From Candidatus Limnocylindria bacterium (lineage in GTDB: Bacteria; Chloroflexota; Limnocylindria; P2-11E), in the NCBI GenBank assembly GCA_036002305.1, contig DASYTL010000013.1, forward strand, positions 18,935-82,934: a stretch of 64,000 nt of DNA. The letters run 5' to 3'. A program made the position numbers and the translations under genes. The notes beneath the pieces were generated by a model that saw nothing but the letters and a program-made list of their open reading frames with translations, was not told the origin of the DNA and did not search any database. Numbering within the stretch: position 1 is the stretch's first letter; each line of letters starts with the position of its first letter. This document shows, piece by piece, positions 63,848 to 64,000 of this stretch.

Positions 63848-64000
63848 TTAGCTCGCCGCGATCCGCTCCCGCAGCACCTGCTGAAGGATGCCGCCCTGGC
63901 GCACGTACTCGAGGTCGGTCGGATCGTCGACGCGGGAGACCACGTTGAATGTCGTCTTGTCGCCGCGCGGTGATGTCGCCTCGACCGTGAGCTTCGCCTT
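63848..64000 (-). CDS. acnA: Aconitate hydratase, C-terminal 50 codons (gene continues beyond the window)
   Basis: The reverse-strand translation is KAKLTVEATSPRGDKTTFNVVSRVDDPTDLEYVRQGGILQQVLRERIAAS*. It is not in the ORF track because it has no start within the window. Confidence 0.85.
   Translation of the reverse strand, partial: KAKLTVEATSPRGDKTTFNVVSRVDDPTDLEYVRQGGILQQVLRERIAAS

Noticed and set aside
1-64000. A search for a defence, toxin-antitoxin, secretion, CRISPR, prophage or IS/integrase system, as hinted by the task
   Set aside because: I found no nuclease, helicase, ATPase, methyltransferase, recombinase, transposase, capsid, portal or terminase-like ORFs, and no short-repeat arrays. 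Every sizeable ORF with protein-like composition falls into a metabolic, transport, regulatory or small secreted/unknown class. Claiming such a system would not be supported.

Overview
High-GC bacterial chromosomal segment, possibly Actinomycetota or Chloroflexota (not resolvable from sequence alone). It is densely packed with about 65 protein genes, nearly all for catabolism, transport and regulation.

I found no rRNA, tRNA, CRISPR array, transposase, integrase, phage gene or recognisable defence or toxin system.

Main gene blocks:
- **915-6457:** an orphan PAS histidine kinase, a GNAT, a secreted beta-helix protein and an MFS transporter.
- **6525-17124:** a complete non-phosphorylative L-fucose-type pathway. 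It comprises FucD, a cog3618-type lactonase, a mutarotase, two SDRs, two FAH-family proteins and a sugar ABC importer, under a divergent IclR regulator.
- **17121-22043:** a patch of small secreted or unknown-function genes.
- **23774-31313:** an frl-like (Amadori/fructosamine-type) cluster with a GntR regulator, ABC importer, PfkB kinase, SIS protein and amidohydrolase.
- **31915-40061:** a creatininase-family protein, a P450, and a two-component HpaB-type monooxygenase cluster.
- **40198-53311:** two paralogous peptide-type ABC importers in mirror-image orientation around a 6-kb enzyme cassette.
- **53379-63792:** an uncharacterised eight-gene catabolic cluster ending in kbl.
- **63848-64000:** the 3' end of an aconitase gene running off the window.

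The most unusual signals are architectural rather than a new molecular machine:
- Three same-orientation copies of an aconitase 3' end: the intact gene end, a 0.5-kb frameshifted relic and a ~100-bp decayed relic. The outer two share a perfect 22-nt repeat that brackets 41.8 kb of accessory clusters.
- The same pattern occurs on a small scale, where a duplicated ACT-gene 3' end flanks a single-gene insertion.
- All four ABC importers lack ATPase genes.
- There is a fused double amidohydrolase whose N-terminal half has lost its catalytic motifs.

Functional calls rest on my reading of conserved motifs. No database search was run.
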